Of a stretch of 64,000 nucleotides of DNA, positions 42,433-57,700 are shown piece by piece; position 1 is the first letter of the stretch; the number at the start of each line of letters is the position of its first letter. The notes under the pieces were generated by a model. It was not told where the DNA came from and ran no database searches. It saw nothing but the letters and a program-made list of their open reading frames with translations. The stretch is taken from contig NIVC01000647.1 in NCBI GenBank assembly GCA_002269645.1, forward strand, positions 62,001 to 126,000, in the 5' to 3' direction. The DNA is from Macrostomum lignano (taxonomy: Eukaryota). The translations under genes and the position numbers were made by a program.

Positions 42433-43913
42433 CTAAGTGAGCCAAACCGAGCCATCATCTCTCAGCGCCAGTAGGCCGGATGTCCGATTTGCCAGGCGTT
42501 TGCGAATCTCATTGGCTGGCTTTGCGTCCGCTGGAATGGGCTGAAACCGGGCGCACAGCTGCCCTAGCCAGCCGGTTGGTACGTAGCCGTCTTCAGCCGA
42601 CACCGGCACCACCAGTTTCATCATGTCGGCGGCTCGCTCCGCGTGCATCCGGCACGAGTTCGTCTCCTTGAACCGGCGCGACAGACAGACAACTACTAGG
42701 CGACATGAGTCAACAGCGTCGCGCGTTGCTCGAAGACTGTCAGTTAGCGATGCAGCATCCTTGAAGTCGACCCACACGCTGACGCCCAATTGAAGCAGAT
42801 CTTCCCGCAGCTTGCGCACGAAGTCCTTCTGCTCAGTGTGGTAGGTCAACACGACATCAGCACTTGACTGCGACGGCTTCGGCTCCGACGGAGCCCCGCT
42901 GATGCTTGTGACGCTGGCCTCTTCTTTTTCTGATCCGCGGATTCGTCCAGTGCAGCGAACGCCCGGCTGCTGGGCCCGAGCACCTTCATCGTGAACTTCT
43001 CGCCCATGTTGAACAGCAGTCCTTGCAGCGTCTGCGACATCTCCCAGTCCTTGGCGGTGGCCAGACGCCTCAGACAGTCGCAGATCTCGGCACCCATGGC
43101 CAGCTTCAGCTGCCGGTCCTTCTCAAACGACAGAGTGAACGCAAGCTCGAGCCCGGCGCCGACGTCCTGCGACTCGGCGGCCTCCAGCATCGCCTTGACG
43201 GCCGGCAGCACGCCGAGCTTCATCAGCAGGGCCTTGTTGACATCGTTGAGGGCGAGGCGCTGCGTGCACCTGGCCAGCTCCGGCAGGCTGTACACCATGT
43301 TGCCAGTCTCGAAGCTCCGCTCGCTGCAGCTCAGCGACGCCCGGAGGCCGTCCACCAGGTGCCCGATGATGTCGCTCTCGCCGAGGAACAGATCCGCCTG
43401 GCTCTCATCCAGCGCGAATGCCATCAGCAGCAGCGCCTGCAGGGACCTCGCTGGCTCCGGCGACTTCAGCAGAGGCCGCACCGGCCCGACCAGGTCGAAC
43501 TTGGCCAGGTTGGAGTTCACGAAGCTGTCATTCTTGAACAGGCAGTTGTACATGATGGTGACCAGCTGGAACATGAGGTTGGAGCACAGGTCGCTCAGCT
43601 TCCCGCCGAGGTACTCCGGGCTCCATGACTTCAGCATGTCGCAGAAGACGCCGCTGACGAAGCCCTCCGAGGTGGCCAGCAACTGGCAGAACTCCGTGGA
43701 CTCGTCGCTCCGATCCTGGATGCGGCTGAGCAGCGAGCCCAGCATCCGCTGCTCCATCCGGCGCTGCTTCCCCGTTGACGGATCGGCAAACTTTGAGTCC
43801 CGGTTTCGGCGGTACACGTGCTCGGCCAGCGCCAGGGCGTTTGGCGCCGCCTCCCGCACCAGCGACTCGCTGAGCGACTCCAGCTCTTCCTCGCTGCGAG
43901 AGCTTCTGTACAT
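42433..43913 (-). CDS. ARM-like repeat + C-terminal TIR (TIR_2) protein, split by an apparent 1-nt frameshift (assembly error, pseudogene or recoding)
   Basis: ORF 43913-42846 is helical and ARM-like (LALNDVNKALLMKLGVLP, LAFTLSFEKD, LQGLLFNM). An overlapping -1 frame, open from about 43100 to 42433, carries a linker then ADVVLTY...VRKLREDL..LGVSVWVD...AVDSCRLVVVCLSRRFKETNSCRMHAERA...VVPV...GWLG, a TIR_2 signature. Adding one base at the T5 run (42925-42929) gives a single 493-aa ORF. Confidence 0.8.
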
Positions 43914-44178
43914 TCGGCTTCTCTTCTAGATTTGAAAACTTTCTGGGGGACTCAGTTGTGCTTGAGAAAGAAAACTGGCTGCCCATGTGAGCTGGAAAAG
44001 CTTTAAGTCCTATTCTGCAGCCAGAGCGAGTGAGTACACTGAGTGCACGCTGAAATGCAGAGTACACTGACACACAGAAAGCTGGTAGTGTAAAGCTTGT
44101 CAATGAAACTCACTGCCTGTGTCAGAGTACAGAATGGAGTGGGTTTGCTCAGTTAAGCAGGAAAAAAGACAGTTGAAA

Positions 44179-44470
<292 letters not shown>

Positions 44471-44889
44471 AGAGGCTACAAAGAGAATCAGTAGACGGTA
44501 ATTATTTCTAAGTGCTCAAATAATTATGCACAAAGGCAGCCACAGCCTGTATCTGCTTAAGCAATGGCAACGCAGATCCCATGATTCTAACCTTTAATTC
44601 TGCTGTCAGTCTTCAGCTGACAGTATTGATTTCATTAGCGGCTAGAGAGGAAGCCTCAGTGACACTGATGCGTGCAGGTGAGGCAGTTAATTGCCGATGC
44701 AACTGTAGTTGCAGTTTCACTATGAGTTATTAGAAAAGTGCCCTCCCTGCAGTCCTTCATCTTTCAAAAAAGCAAATTCCTATAATTATAAAGGACAGTT
44801 TGACACTCATCAAAAATGTTTTTGTCTTTCTGGATTAAGTGGGAATATAGACGATATAATTAACATAGTAAACCCCCCAAAACCTCACT

Positions 44890-45542
44890 AATACACAAAC
44901 CCACACTCACAACCCCACGTCCACAACCCCACACCCAGAACCCCACATCCACAACCCCAGACCCACAACCCCACACCCACAACCCCACATCCACAACCCC
45001 AGACCCACAACCCCACACCCACAACCCCACATCCACAACCCCACATCCACAACCCCACACCCACAACCCCACACCCACAACCCCACACCCACAACCCCAC
45101 ATCCACAACCCCACATCCACAACCCCACACCCACAACCCCACACCCACAACCCCACACCCACAACCCCACATCCTCAACCCCAGATCCACAACCCCACAC
45201 CCACAACCCCACATCCACAACCCCACACCCACAACCCCACACCCACAACCCCACATCCACAACCCCACACCCACAACCCCACACCCACAACCCCACATCC
45301 ACAACCCCACACCCACAACCCCACATCCACAACCCCAGACCCACAACCCCACACCCACAACCCCACATCCACAACCCCACACCCACAACCCCACACCCAC
45401 AACCCACACCCACAACCCCACACCCACAACCCCACATCCACAACCCACACCCACAACCCCACACCCACAACCCCACACCCACAACCCCACACCCACAACC
45501 CCACACCCACAACCCCATACCCACAACCCCACACCCACAACC
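44890..45542. repeat. 14-bp minisatellite ACACCCACAACCCC
   Basis: About 46 copies; source of the GVVGVGLWVWGCGC ORFs. Confidence 0.95.
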
Positions 45543-46174
45543 CATGCTTAGAAACCACAGTTCCAATCCAGCTACTTAAAAGTACATTCGCGGTAAAAAT
45601 TTTATTGCCCAAAAACTTCAACTTGAGGACACCGCAGATGTTGCAGACACTGAGAGACCAACGCAACCGGAAGCCATGCCCTCTCCACTCAGCACCTACC
45701 GCAGTGTTTATCATAAAATATGCTGTCCAGTTCACAGCACATGCACACAGCTGGCGAAATCAACTGCAGGTAGGCCAGCCTCTATCTGGAAATTGAACGC
45801 TCGTGCGGGCTAACGCAGTCAGTCAACAAGACTGTGCGCTTTGAGGCAAAAGAGAGACGGACCAATGACAGACTTACCTGCTCCTTTCCTGCCCTTCATC
45901 AATTCTGCCCGCCCAAATCTCATTAGTATATTATTGGTTTTGGACGGGAAAGCAGAGTGGGAGGATTGGAGAGCCACTAAAAAAGGACAGCAGAGCGGAG
46001 AAGCAGGGAAAGACGTCGGAATTGACCGTGAGTACTGTGGTACACCTTCTGCATATTGGTGAGTAGGGCGAGCCTGAATACTCCTGATAGTCAAGCCAAC
46101 CAAGTTAATAATTCTGATTTTTGTTTCATGGAATTCAATGTTTAAGTATGATTTCTGAGCTAAAAAACTTCAAA

Positions 46175-47457
46175 ACCAACTCAAACTTCTCAGACACTAC
46201 CCAACTCAAACTCCTCAGACACTACCCAACTCAAACTACTCAGACCCTACCCAACTCAAACTCCTCAGACACTACCCAACTCAAACTCCTCAGACACTAC
46301 CCAACTCAAACTCCTAAGCACTACCCAACTCAAACTCCTCAGACACTACCCAACTCAAACTCCTCAGACACTACCCAACTCAAACTCCTCAGTGACTACC
46401 CAACTCAAACTACTCAGACCCTACCCAACTCAAACTCCTCAGACCCTACCCAACTCAAACTTCTCAGACCCTACCCAACTCAAACTTTTCAGACCCAACT
46501 CAAACTACTCAGACCCTACCCAACTCAAACTCCTCAGACCCTACCCAACTCAAGCTCCTCAGACACTACCCAACTCAAACTTCTCAGACACTACCCAACT
46601 CAAACTCTTCAGACACTACCCAACTCAAACTCTTCAGACACTACCCAACTCAAACTCTTCAGACACTACCCAACTCAAACTCCTCAGACACTACCCAACT
46701 CAAACTTCTCAGTGACTACCCAACTCAAACTACTCAGACCCTACCCAACTCAAACTCCTCAGACCCTACCCAACTCAAACTCCTCAGACACTACCCAACT
46801 CAAACTCTTCAGACACTACCCAACTCAAACTCCTCAGACACTACCCAACTCAAACTTCTCAGTGACTACCCAACTCAAACTACTCAGACCCTACCCAACT
46901 CAAACTCCTCAGACCCTACCCAACTCAAACTTCTCAGACCCTACCCAACTCAAACTTTTCAGACCCAACTCAAACTACTCAGACCCTACCCAACTCAAAC
47001 TCCTCAGACCCTACCCAACTCAAGCTCCTCAGACACTACCCAACTCAAACTTCTCAGACACTACCCAACTCAAACTTCTCAGACACTACCCAACTCAAAC
47101 TCCTCAGACCCTACCCAACTCAAACTTCTCAGACCCTACCCAACTCAAACTCCTCAGACCCTACCCAACTTAAACTACTCAGACACTACCCAACTCAAAC
47201 TTCTCAGACCCTACCCAACTCAAACTTCTCAGACCCTACCCAACTCAAACTCTTCAGACACTACCCAACTCAAACTCCTCAGACACTACCCAACTCAAAC
47301 TCCTCAGACACTACCCAACTCAAACTCTTCAGACACTACCCAACTCAAACTCTTCAGACCCTACCCAACTCAAACTTCTCAGACACTACCCAACTCAAAC
47401 TCCTCATACACTACCCAACTCAAACTCCTCAGACCCTACCCAACTCAAACTCCTCAG
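46175..47457. repeat. 25-bp minisatellite CAGACACTACCCAACTCAAACTCCT
   Basis: About 50 copies; block duplication at 470-bp spacing; the last copy ends at a candidate acceptor, CTCCTCAG|47458. Confidence 0.96.
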
Positions 47458-47479
47458 CGTCGGCAACAACAGCACCAGG

Positions 47480-49704
<2,225 letters not shown>

Positions 49705-49940
49705 TTAATAATTTGTCATTATTTTGGTCTTTAGTCACTCACTTTGTCTGTTTAGTTCTGAATAGAATGGAGTCCGAATGGAGTTTTGCCATAGACAAAT
49801 TCTGTAGAAAAAAACTCGATTTTAGTGCACTTAGCGACATGAAGAATATATATAGTAAGTTCCTCACCGGCCTTCAGCTCATTTCTAAGAATATCGAGTA
49901 CGGCTTCCCTCTACTTCAGCTGTCCATGGGCAGCTTGTGC

Positions 49941-50456
<516 letters not shown>

Positions 50457-50914
50457 GATTGCGAGCTCCATTTAAGTAAACAATAAGAAAGGCTTTTAAG
50501 TTTCCAAATTCACTGTCAACCAGAGTGAAACTCAAAAAGTACCATTTTTTATTTTATTGATTTTTTAAATGGAGGACAACGGTTATAAGTTTAAGTTCGG
50601 AAGAATATTATTGTAGTAATTTGTAATCCTTCTAACAGTTTTTCCACCACTCAATGACACCAATCTTATAAGTGTCAGTACAATATCACATGTAGGCTTA
50701 AGGGAAGCAAAGTCAATGCAATCCTGCTAATTTTCGTTTCCATTACTTTCAAACGCAGATTGACCAGGGATCTGGACACACGATAAGTAGCGAACTCATT
50801 TCTACGTGTGTGACACTTGAGAGCATTGATAATGGGGGCTGGGGTTTACTCTCGAGAGAAGTAAAACGCTACAAGCTCTGCTTCGCATTTGATTGCTCAC
50901 ACTTTCATCCCTAT

Positions 50915-51645
50915 TCATATCTTCATTCACATCTTCATTCACATCTTCATTCACATCTTCATTCACAGCTTCATTCACAGCTTCATTCACAGCTTCATTC
51001 GCATCTTCATTCAAATCTTCATTCAAATCTTCATTCACGTCTTCATTCACGTCTGTATTCACATCTTCATTCAAATCTTCATTAAAATCTTCATTCACAT
51101 CTTCATTCACGTCTTCATTCACGTCTGTATTCACTTCACTGCTTCATTTACATCTTCATTCACAGCTTCATTCACAGCTTCATTCGCAGCTTCATTCACA
51201 GCTTCATTTACATCTTCATTCACAGCTTCATTCACAGCTTCATTCACAGCTTCATTCACATCTTCATTCACAGCTTCATTCACAGCTTCATTCACAGCTT
51301 CATTCACAGCTTCATTCACAGCTTCATTCACAGCTTCATTCACAGCTTCATTCACAGCTTCATTCACAGCTTCATTCACAGCTTCATTCACAGCTTCATT
51401 CACAGCTTCATTCACAGCTTCATTCACAGCTTCATTCACAGCTTCATTCACAGCTTCATTCACAGCTTCATTCACAGCTTCATTCACAGCTTCATTCACA
51501 GCTTCATTCACAGCTTCATTCACAGCTTCATTCACAGCTTCATTCACAGCTTCATTCACAGCTTCATTCACAGCTTCATTCACAGCTTCATTCACAGCTT
51601 CATTCACAGCTTCATTCACATCTTCATTCACAGCTTCATTCACAT
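50915..51645. repeat. 12-bp minisatellite CTTCATTCACAG
   Basis: About 60 copies, about 85 nt past the CRAL-TRIO stop codon (3' UTR side). Confidence 0.96.
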
Positions 51646-51729
51646 CCGCATCGACGCGCAAACAAAGCAAGCCAGAAGAGAATTCAACGGGAAGACCAGA
51701 AGGAACAATTCAGAGGTGCAGGCGGGCTC

Positions 51730-54700
51730 TCAGTTGGTCATGACTTCCGCTCCCTCGGGTATGGCGAACTCCTCGGGAATTTCTAAAGCCGCCCCCGCCG
51801 CGGCCCCGTTCAACTCCAGCTGCTCCTCGTCGTCGAAGTCGGCAGCGGCGCCGCTGGCAGCCGACTGAAGCGACGCGGCCGATGAAGAGCTCGGCATCGG
51901 AGGCGGCGCAGCGGCCGGCTGCTGCAGTCGACCCTCTCTGTGCGCGACGATGTTCGGATGAGGCAGGTGGCCGCTCGGATGGGCGGCCTCGACGTACTTC
52001 GCCACGTACTCGGCGCAGCCGCGCGGATCGTGCTCGTCTGGCGCTTCGCCCGGCGCCGATCCGCGCCAAAACTGGCGCTGCCTGGGCAGGTGCTTCCGGC
52101 TGCGATTGAGCCGCATCTCCTCGAGCAGCCAGTCGGCCAGGTCGGCCGGGAACCAGGCCTCGAAGGTGTCACGAATTTTCGACTTGCCCCGCAGCATCTT
52201 CATCTTGGCGGCGGTGGCCGGGTGCAGGAAGCGCTGGATTGCGCACCAGACGCCGTGGAAGAGGCCGCTGTGATTGACGCAGAACACCTTGCCGAGACGC
52301 TCCGGGTAGAAGTTGCTGAACACCTGCGTGACTGAGTAGCCGAGGCGCGGGTTGCAGGCAGGCAGGCTGATGCCTGCGGGCGAGTTGAGGATGGCACTGA
52401 CGGGACTGAGGGGATGGCACTGACGGGACTGAGGGGATGGCACTGACGGGACTGAGGGGATGGCACTGACGGGACTGAGGGGATGGCACTGACGGGACTG
52501 AGGGGATGGCACTGACGGGACTGAGGGGATGGCACTGACGGGACTGAGGGGATGGCACTGACGGGACTGAGGGGATGGCACTGACGGGACTGAGGGGATG
52601 GCACTGACGGGACTGAGGGGATGGCACTGACGGGACTGAGGGGATGGCACTGACGGGACTGAGGGGATGGCACTGACGGGACTGAGGGGATGGCACTGAC
52701 GGGACTGAGGGGATGGCACTGACGGGACTGAGGGGATGGCACTGACGGGACTGAGGGGAATGGCACTGACGGGACTGAAGGGAAGGCACTGACGGGACTG
52801 AGGGGATGGCACTGACGGGACTGAAGGGATGGCACTGACGGGACTGAGGGGATGGCACTGACGGGACTGAGGGGATGGCACTGACGGGACTGAGGGGATG
52901 GCACTGACGGGACTGAGGGGGATGGCACTGACGGGACTGAAGGGATGGCACTGACGGGACTGAGGGGATGGCACTGACGGGACTGAAGGGATGGCACTGA
53001 CGGGACTGAGGGGATGGCACTGACGGGACTGAGGGGGATGGCACTGAGCGGGACTGAGAGGGACTGAGGGGGAATGGCACTGAGCGGGACTGAAGGGGAA
53101 TGGCACTGAGCGGGACTGAAGGGGAATGGCACTGAGTGGGACTGAAGGGATGGCACTGAGCGAGACTGAGAGGGACTGAGGGGGGAATGGCACTGAGCGG
53201 GACTGAAGGGGAATGGCACTGAGCGGGACTGAAGGGGAATGGCACTGAGCGGGACTGAGGGGGATGGCACTGAGCGGGACTGACTGGGAATGGCACTGAG
53301 CGAGACTGAGGGGGATGGCACTGAGCGGGACTGAGAGGGACTGAGGGGGGATGGCACTGAGTGGGACTGAGGGGGAATGGCACTGAGTGGGACTGAGGGG
53401 GAATGGCACTGAGTGGGACTGAGGGGGAATGGCACTGAGTGGGACTGAGGGGGGATGTCACTGAGCGGGACTGAGGGGGGATGGCACTGAGGGGGAATGG
53501 CACTGAGGGGGAATGGCACTGAGGGGGAATGGCACTGAGCGGGACTGAGGGGAATGGCACTGAGTGGGACTGAGGGGGGATGGCACTGAGCGGGACTGAA
53601 GGGGGAATGGCACTGAGTGGGACTGACTGGGAATGGCACTGAGCGAGACTGAGGGGGATGGCACTGAGCGGGACTGACTGGGAATGGCACTGAGCGAGAC
53701 TGAGGGGGATGGCACTGAGCGGGACTGAGAGGGACTGAGGGGGAATGGCACTGAGTGGGACTGAGGGGGAATGGCACTGAGTGGGACTGAGGGGGAATGG
53801 CACTGAGCGGGACTGAGGGGGGATGTCACTGAGTGGGACTGAGGGGGGATGGCACTGAGCGGGACTGAGGGGGAATGGCACTGAGGGGGAATGGCACTGA
53901 GTGGGACTGAGGGGAATGGCACTGAGTGGGACTGAGGGGGGATGGCACTGAGCGGGACTGAGGGGGAATGGCACTGAGTGGGACTGAGGGGGGATGTCAC
54001 TGAGTGGGACTGAGGGGGATGGCACTGAGTGGGACTGAGGGGGGATGGCACTGAACGGGACTGAGGGGGAATGGCACTGAGTGGGACTGAGGGGGGATGG
54101 CACTGAGCGGGACTGAGGGGGATGTCACTGAGTGGGACTGAGAGGGATGTCACTGAGTGGGACTGAGGGGGATGGCACTGAGTGGGACTGAGGGGGAATG
54201 GCACTGAGTGGGACTGAGGGGGAATGGCACTGAGTGGGACTGAGGGGGAATGGCACTGAGTGGGACTGAGAGGGGATGGCACTGAGTGGGACTGAGGGGG
54301 ATGGCACTGAGTGGGACTGAGGGGGAATGGCACTGAGTGGGACTGAGGGGGGATGGCACTGAGTGGGACTGAGGGGGGATGTCACTGAGCGGGACTGAGG
54401 GGGGATGGCACTGAGTGGGACTGAGAGGGGATGGCACTGAGTGGGACTGAGGGGGATGGCACTGAGTGGGACTGAGGGGGAATGGCACTGAGTGGTACTG
54501 AGGGGGGATGGCACTGAGTGGGACTGAGGGGGATGTCACCGAGTGGGACTGAGGGGGATGTTACTGAGTGGGCCTGAGGGGGGATGGCACTGAGCGGGAC
54601 TGAGGGGGAATGGCACGGAGCGGGACTGAGGGGAATTGTCAAAGTTTGATTTCAATTCGCAGAAGTGATTGCTCTATAGTGGATTTTAATGGAGCAGAAT

Positions 54701-57700
54701 CATTTCGAGCTGCTTGCTTAATAAGAGTACAAAGTCAAAGAAGAAGTATTCTGGATACAGTAATTTGGTAAACACGTGCAAACTGTCACAGAAAAAAGTC
54801 ACAGAGCTACCCCCCGTTACATTTTAGATTGGGGAATTGCTTTCTCTCCGCTTTACCTCTTGAATTTCATTCTCTCTACGCTAATAATTTCCTAACTGCC
54901 TGAATCGCTCCGAGGCTTCGGCTAGCTTGAGAGCTGCTTCAAAGCGCAGTCTCTGCTGCATTGTTAGAATTTGCACTTCTAGTACACTGCAAAAACCCCG
55001 TCGCCTCTCTTCTCGATTCAGGCCGACCCAGAAAAACTATTGATTTCGTCAATGCCTATTATTTATGCAGAATTTCACCAACAGCTTGCAGTCCCTTTCA
55101 AAACAATGATGAGAGTAAAACTGCCTGCAGAGCCTTAAATTATGAGAATAATAAAGAGGGGCAACTTTCTTGCTACTTTAAGTAGTAGTCTAACGGAACT
55201 ACCGAATTTTTTTAATAGATAGAAAACTAGCGATTCAGATTTGCATGAATTGCGTGATTTTCAAAATCAAGCAGCTCCCTCAAGGGCCAGATAAAGTATC
55301 CAGATCATTGCTGCGGGCCAGATAAGAGAGGAAGAGGGAATAGAGGAGAGAGAAGAGAATAGAGGATATGAGAGATGAGAGAAGAAGTAAGAGAGAAGAT
55401 AATAGAAAATAAGAGAGGAGAGAGATGTGAGGAGAGGAGAGAGGTGTGAGGAGAGGAGAGAGATGTGAGGAGAGGGGAGAGATGTGAGGAGAGGAGACAG
55501 ATGAGAGGAGAGAAGAGCGATGAGAGGAGAGGAGAGAGATGAGAAGAGAGATGAGAGGAGAAGAGAGAGAGGAGAGGAGTGAGGAGAGATGAGAGGAGAG
55601 AAGAGAGATGAGAAGAGAGATGAGAAGAGAGATGAGAGGAGAAGAGAGAGATGAGAGGAGAGAAGAGAGATGAAAGGAGAAGAGAGAGATGAGAGGAGAG
55701 AAGAGAGATGAAAGGAGAAGAGAGAGATGAGAGGAGAGAAGAGAGATGAAAGGAGAAGAGAGAGATGAGAGGAGAGAAGAGAGATGAGAAGAGAGAGATG
55801 AGAGGAGAAGAGAGAGATGAGAGGAGAAGAGAGAGATGAGAAGAGAGATGAGAGGAGAAGAGAGAGATGAGAGGAGAGAAGAGAGATGAGAAAGTAGAGA
55901 AGAGAGAGGGGAGAGAGAAGAGGACAGATGAAATCTGAGCAGAGACACAAGCCCTGAGCGGGTCGACGGGCTTATTGTGAAGTTTCAAAGGACCGGAGGG
56001 CCGGATAGAGAGGCCGACCCCTGATCTACACTGCGAATTTATGACGCAGAATCTCAGCAATGCAATTCAACAATAACGTACCTGTGCAGTCGATAACGAA
56101 AATCCAGGTGGTCACACCAGGCCGCATAGTCCGTTTAGCATTCTCAATCAGGTAGGTGCAGTGCGCGATCGACTCCTCCACGCCGTTGCTGCTAGCGCTG
56201 GCCTGCGCAAAGCAGGAGTAGATCACAGGCCGACCGGACTCATCGAACCCAACCTGACGCTACAGGTGCGAAAGTTGATGAGGATGTGCAAAAACACAGG
56301 TGATTCAGACATGTGTTTCTAGTTTTGGGTGAATAGATTACAAACCAAAAACTCTTTCTGAACAGTTTTAACACATTTGTTGCGCTAATTATAATTTAAT
56401 CGATAAAAATGCGATACGATGTAACAGGATGAGCCGAACAAAAACTTTTTCGCTGCCACATTTAGAATTTTTTGTTTCTTCATATTTCTTTCAAGCGTCT
56501 GTCCTTAGTGAACTTTAAGCTTTAAGGAGTTGATCTTGATATATGTTCTAGCTGTTGGTACAGACACTGAATCTGCTGCATTCTACATTGAATCTGCTGC
56601 ATTCTACACTGAATCTGCTGCATTCTACACTGAATCTGCTGCATTCTACACTGAATCTGCTGCATTCTACACTGAATCTGCTGCATTCTACACTGAATCT
56701 GCTGCATTCTACATTGAATCTACTGCATTCTACACTGAATCTGCTGCATTCTACACTGAATCTGCTGCATTCTACACTGAATCTGCTGCATTCGACATTG
56801 AATCTGCTGCATTCTACACTGAATCTGCTGCATTCTACACTGAATCTGCTGCATTCTACACTGAATCTGCTGCATTCGACATTGAATCTGCTGCATTCTA
56901 CACTAAATCTGCTGCATTCTACACTAAATCTGCTGCATTCTACACTGAATATGCTGCATTCTACACTGAATCTGCTGCATTCTACATTGAATCTGCTGCA
57001 TTCTACACTGAATCTACTGCATTCTACATTGAATCTGCTGCATTCTACACTGAATCTGCTGCATTCTACATGGAATCTACTGCATTCTACACTGAATCTA
57101 CTGCATTCTACATTGAATCTGCTGCATTCTACACTGAATCTGCTGCATTCTACATGGAATCTACTGCATTCTACATGGAATCTACTGCATTCTACACTGA
57201 ATCTGCTGCATTCTACATTGAATCTACTGCATTCTACACTGAATCTGCTGCATTCTACACTGAATCTGCTGCATTCTACACTGAATCTGCTGCATTCGAC
57301 ATTGAATCTGCTGCATTCTACACTGAATCTGCTGCATTCTACACTGAATCTGCTGCATTCTACACTGAATCTGCTGCATTCGACATTGAATCTGCTGCAT
57401 TCTACACTAAATCTGCTGCATTCTACACTAAATCTGCTGCATTCTACACTGAATATGCTGCATTCTACACTGAATCTGCTGCATTCTACATTGAATCTGC
57501 TGCATTCTACACTGAATCTACTGCATTCTACATTGAATCTGCTGCATTCTACACTGAATCTGCTGCATTCTACATGGAATCTACTGCATTCTACATGGAA
57601 TCTACTGCATTCTACACTGAATCTACTGCATTCTAATGACCACCCTCCATGATCTGCCTCCATAATGCAGATCACCCTCCAGTAGAGCTACCAGCAAATC

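Noticed and set aside
42910-42960. A 47-nt GT..AG intron that would restore the ARM-TIR frame
   Set aside because: The donor (GTTCGC) is poor and the acceptor region is purine-rich with no branch or pyrimidine tract; it is possible only if cDNA shows it.
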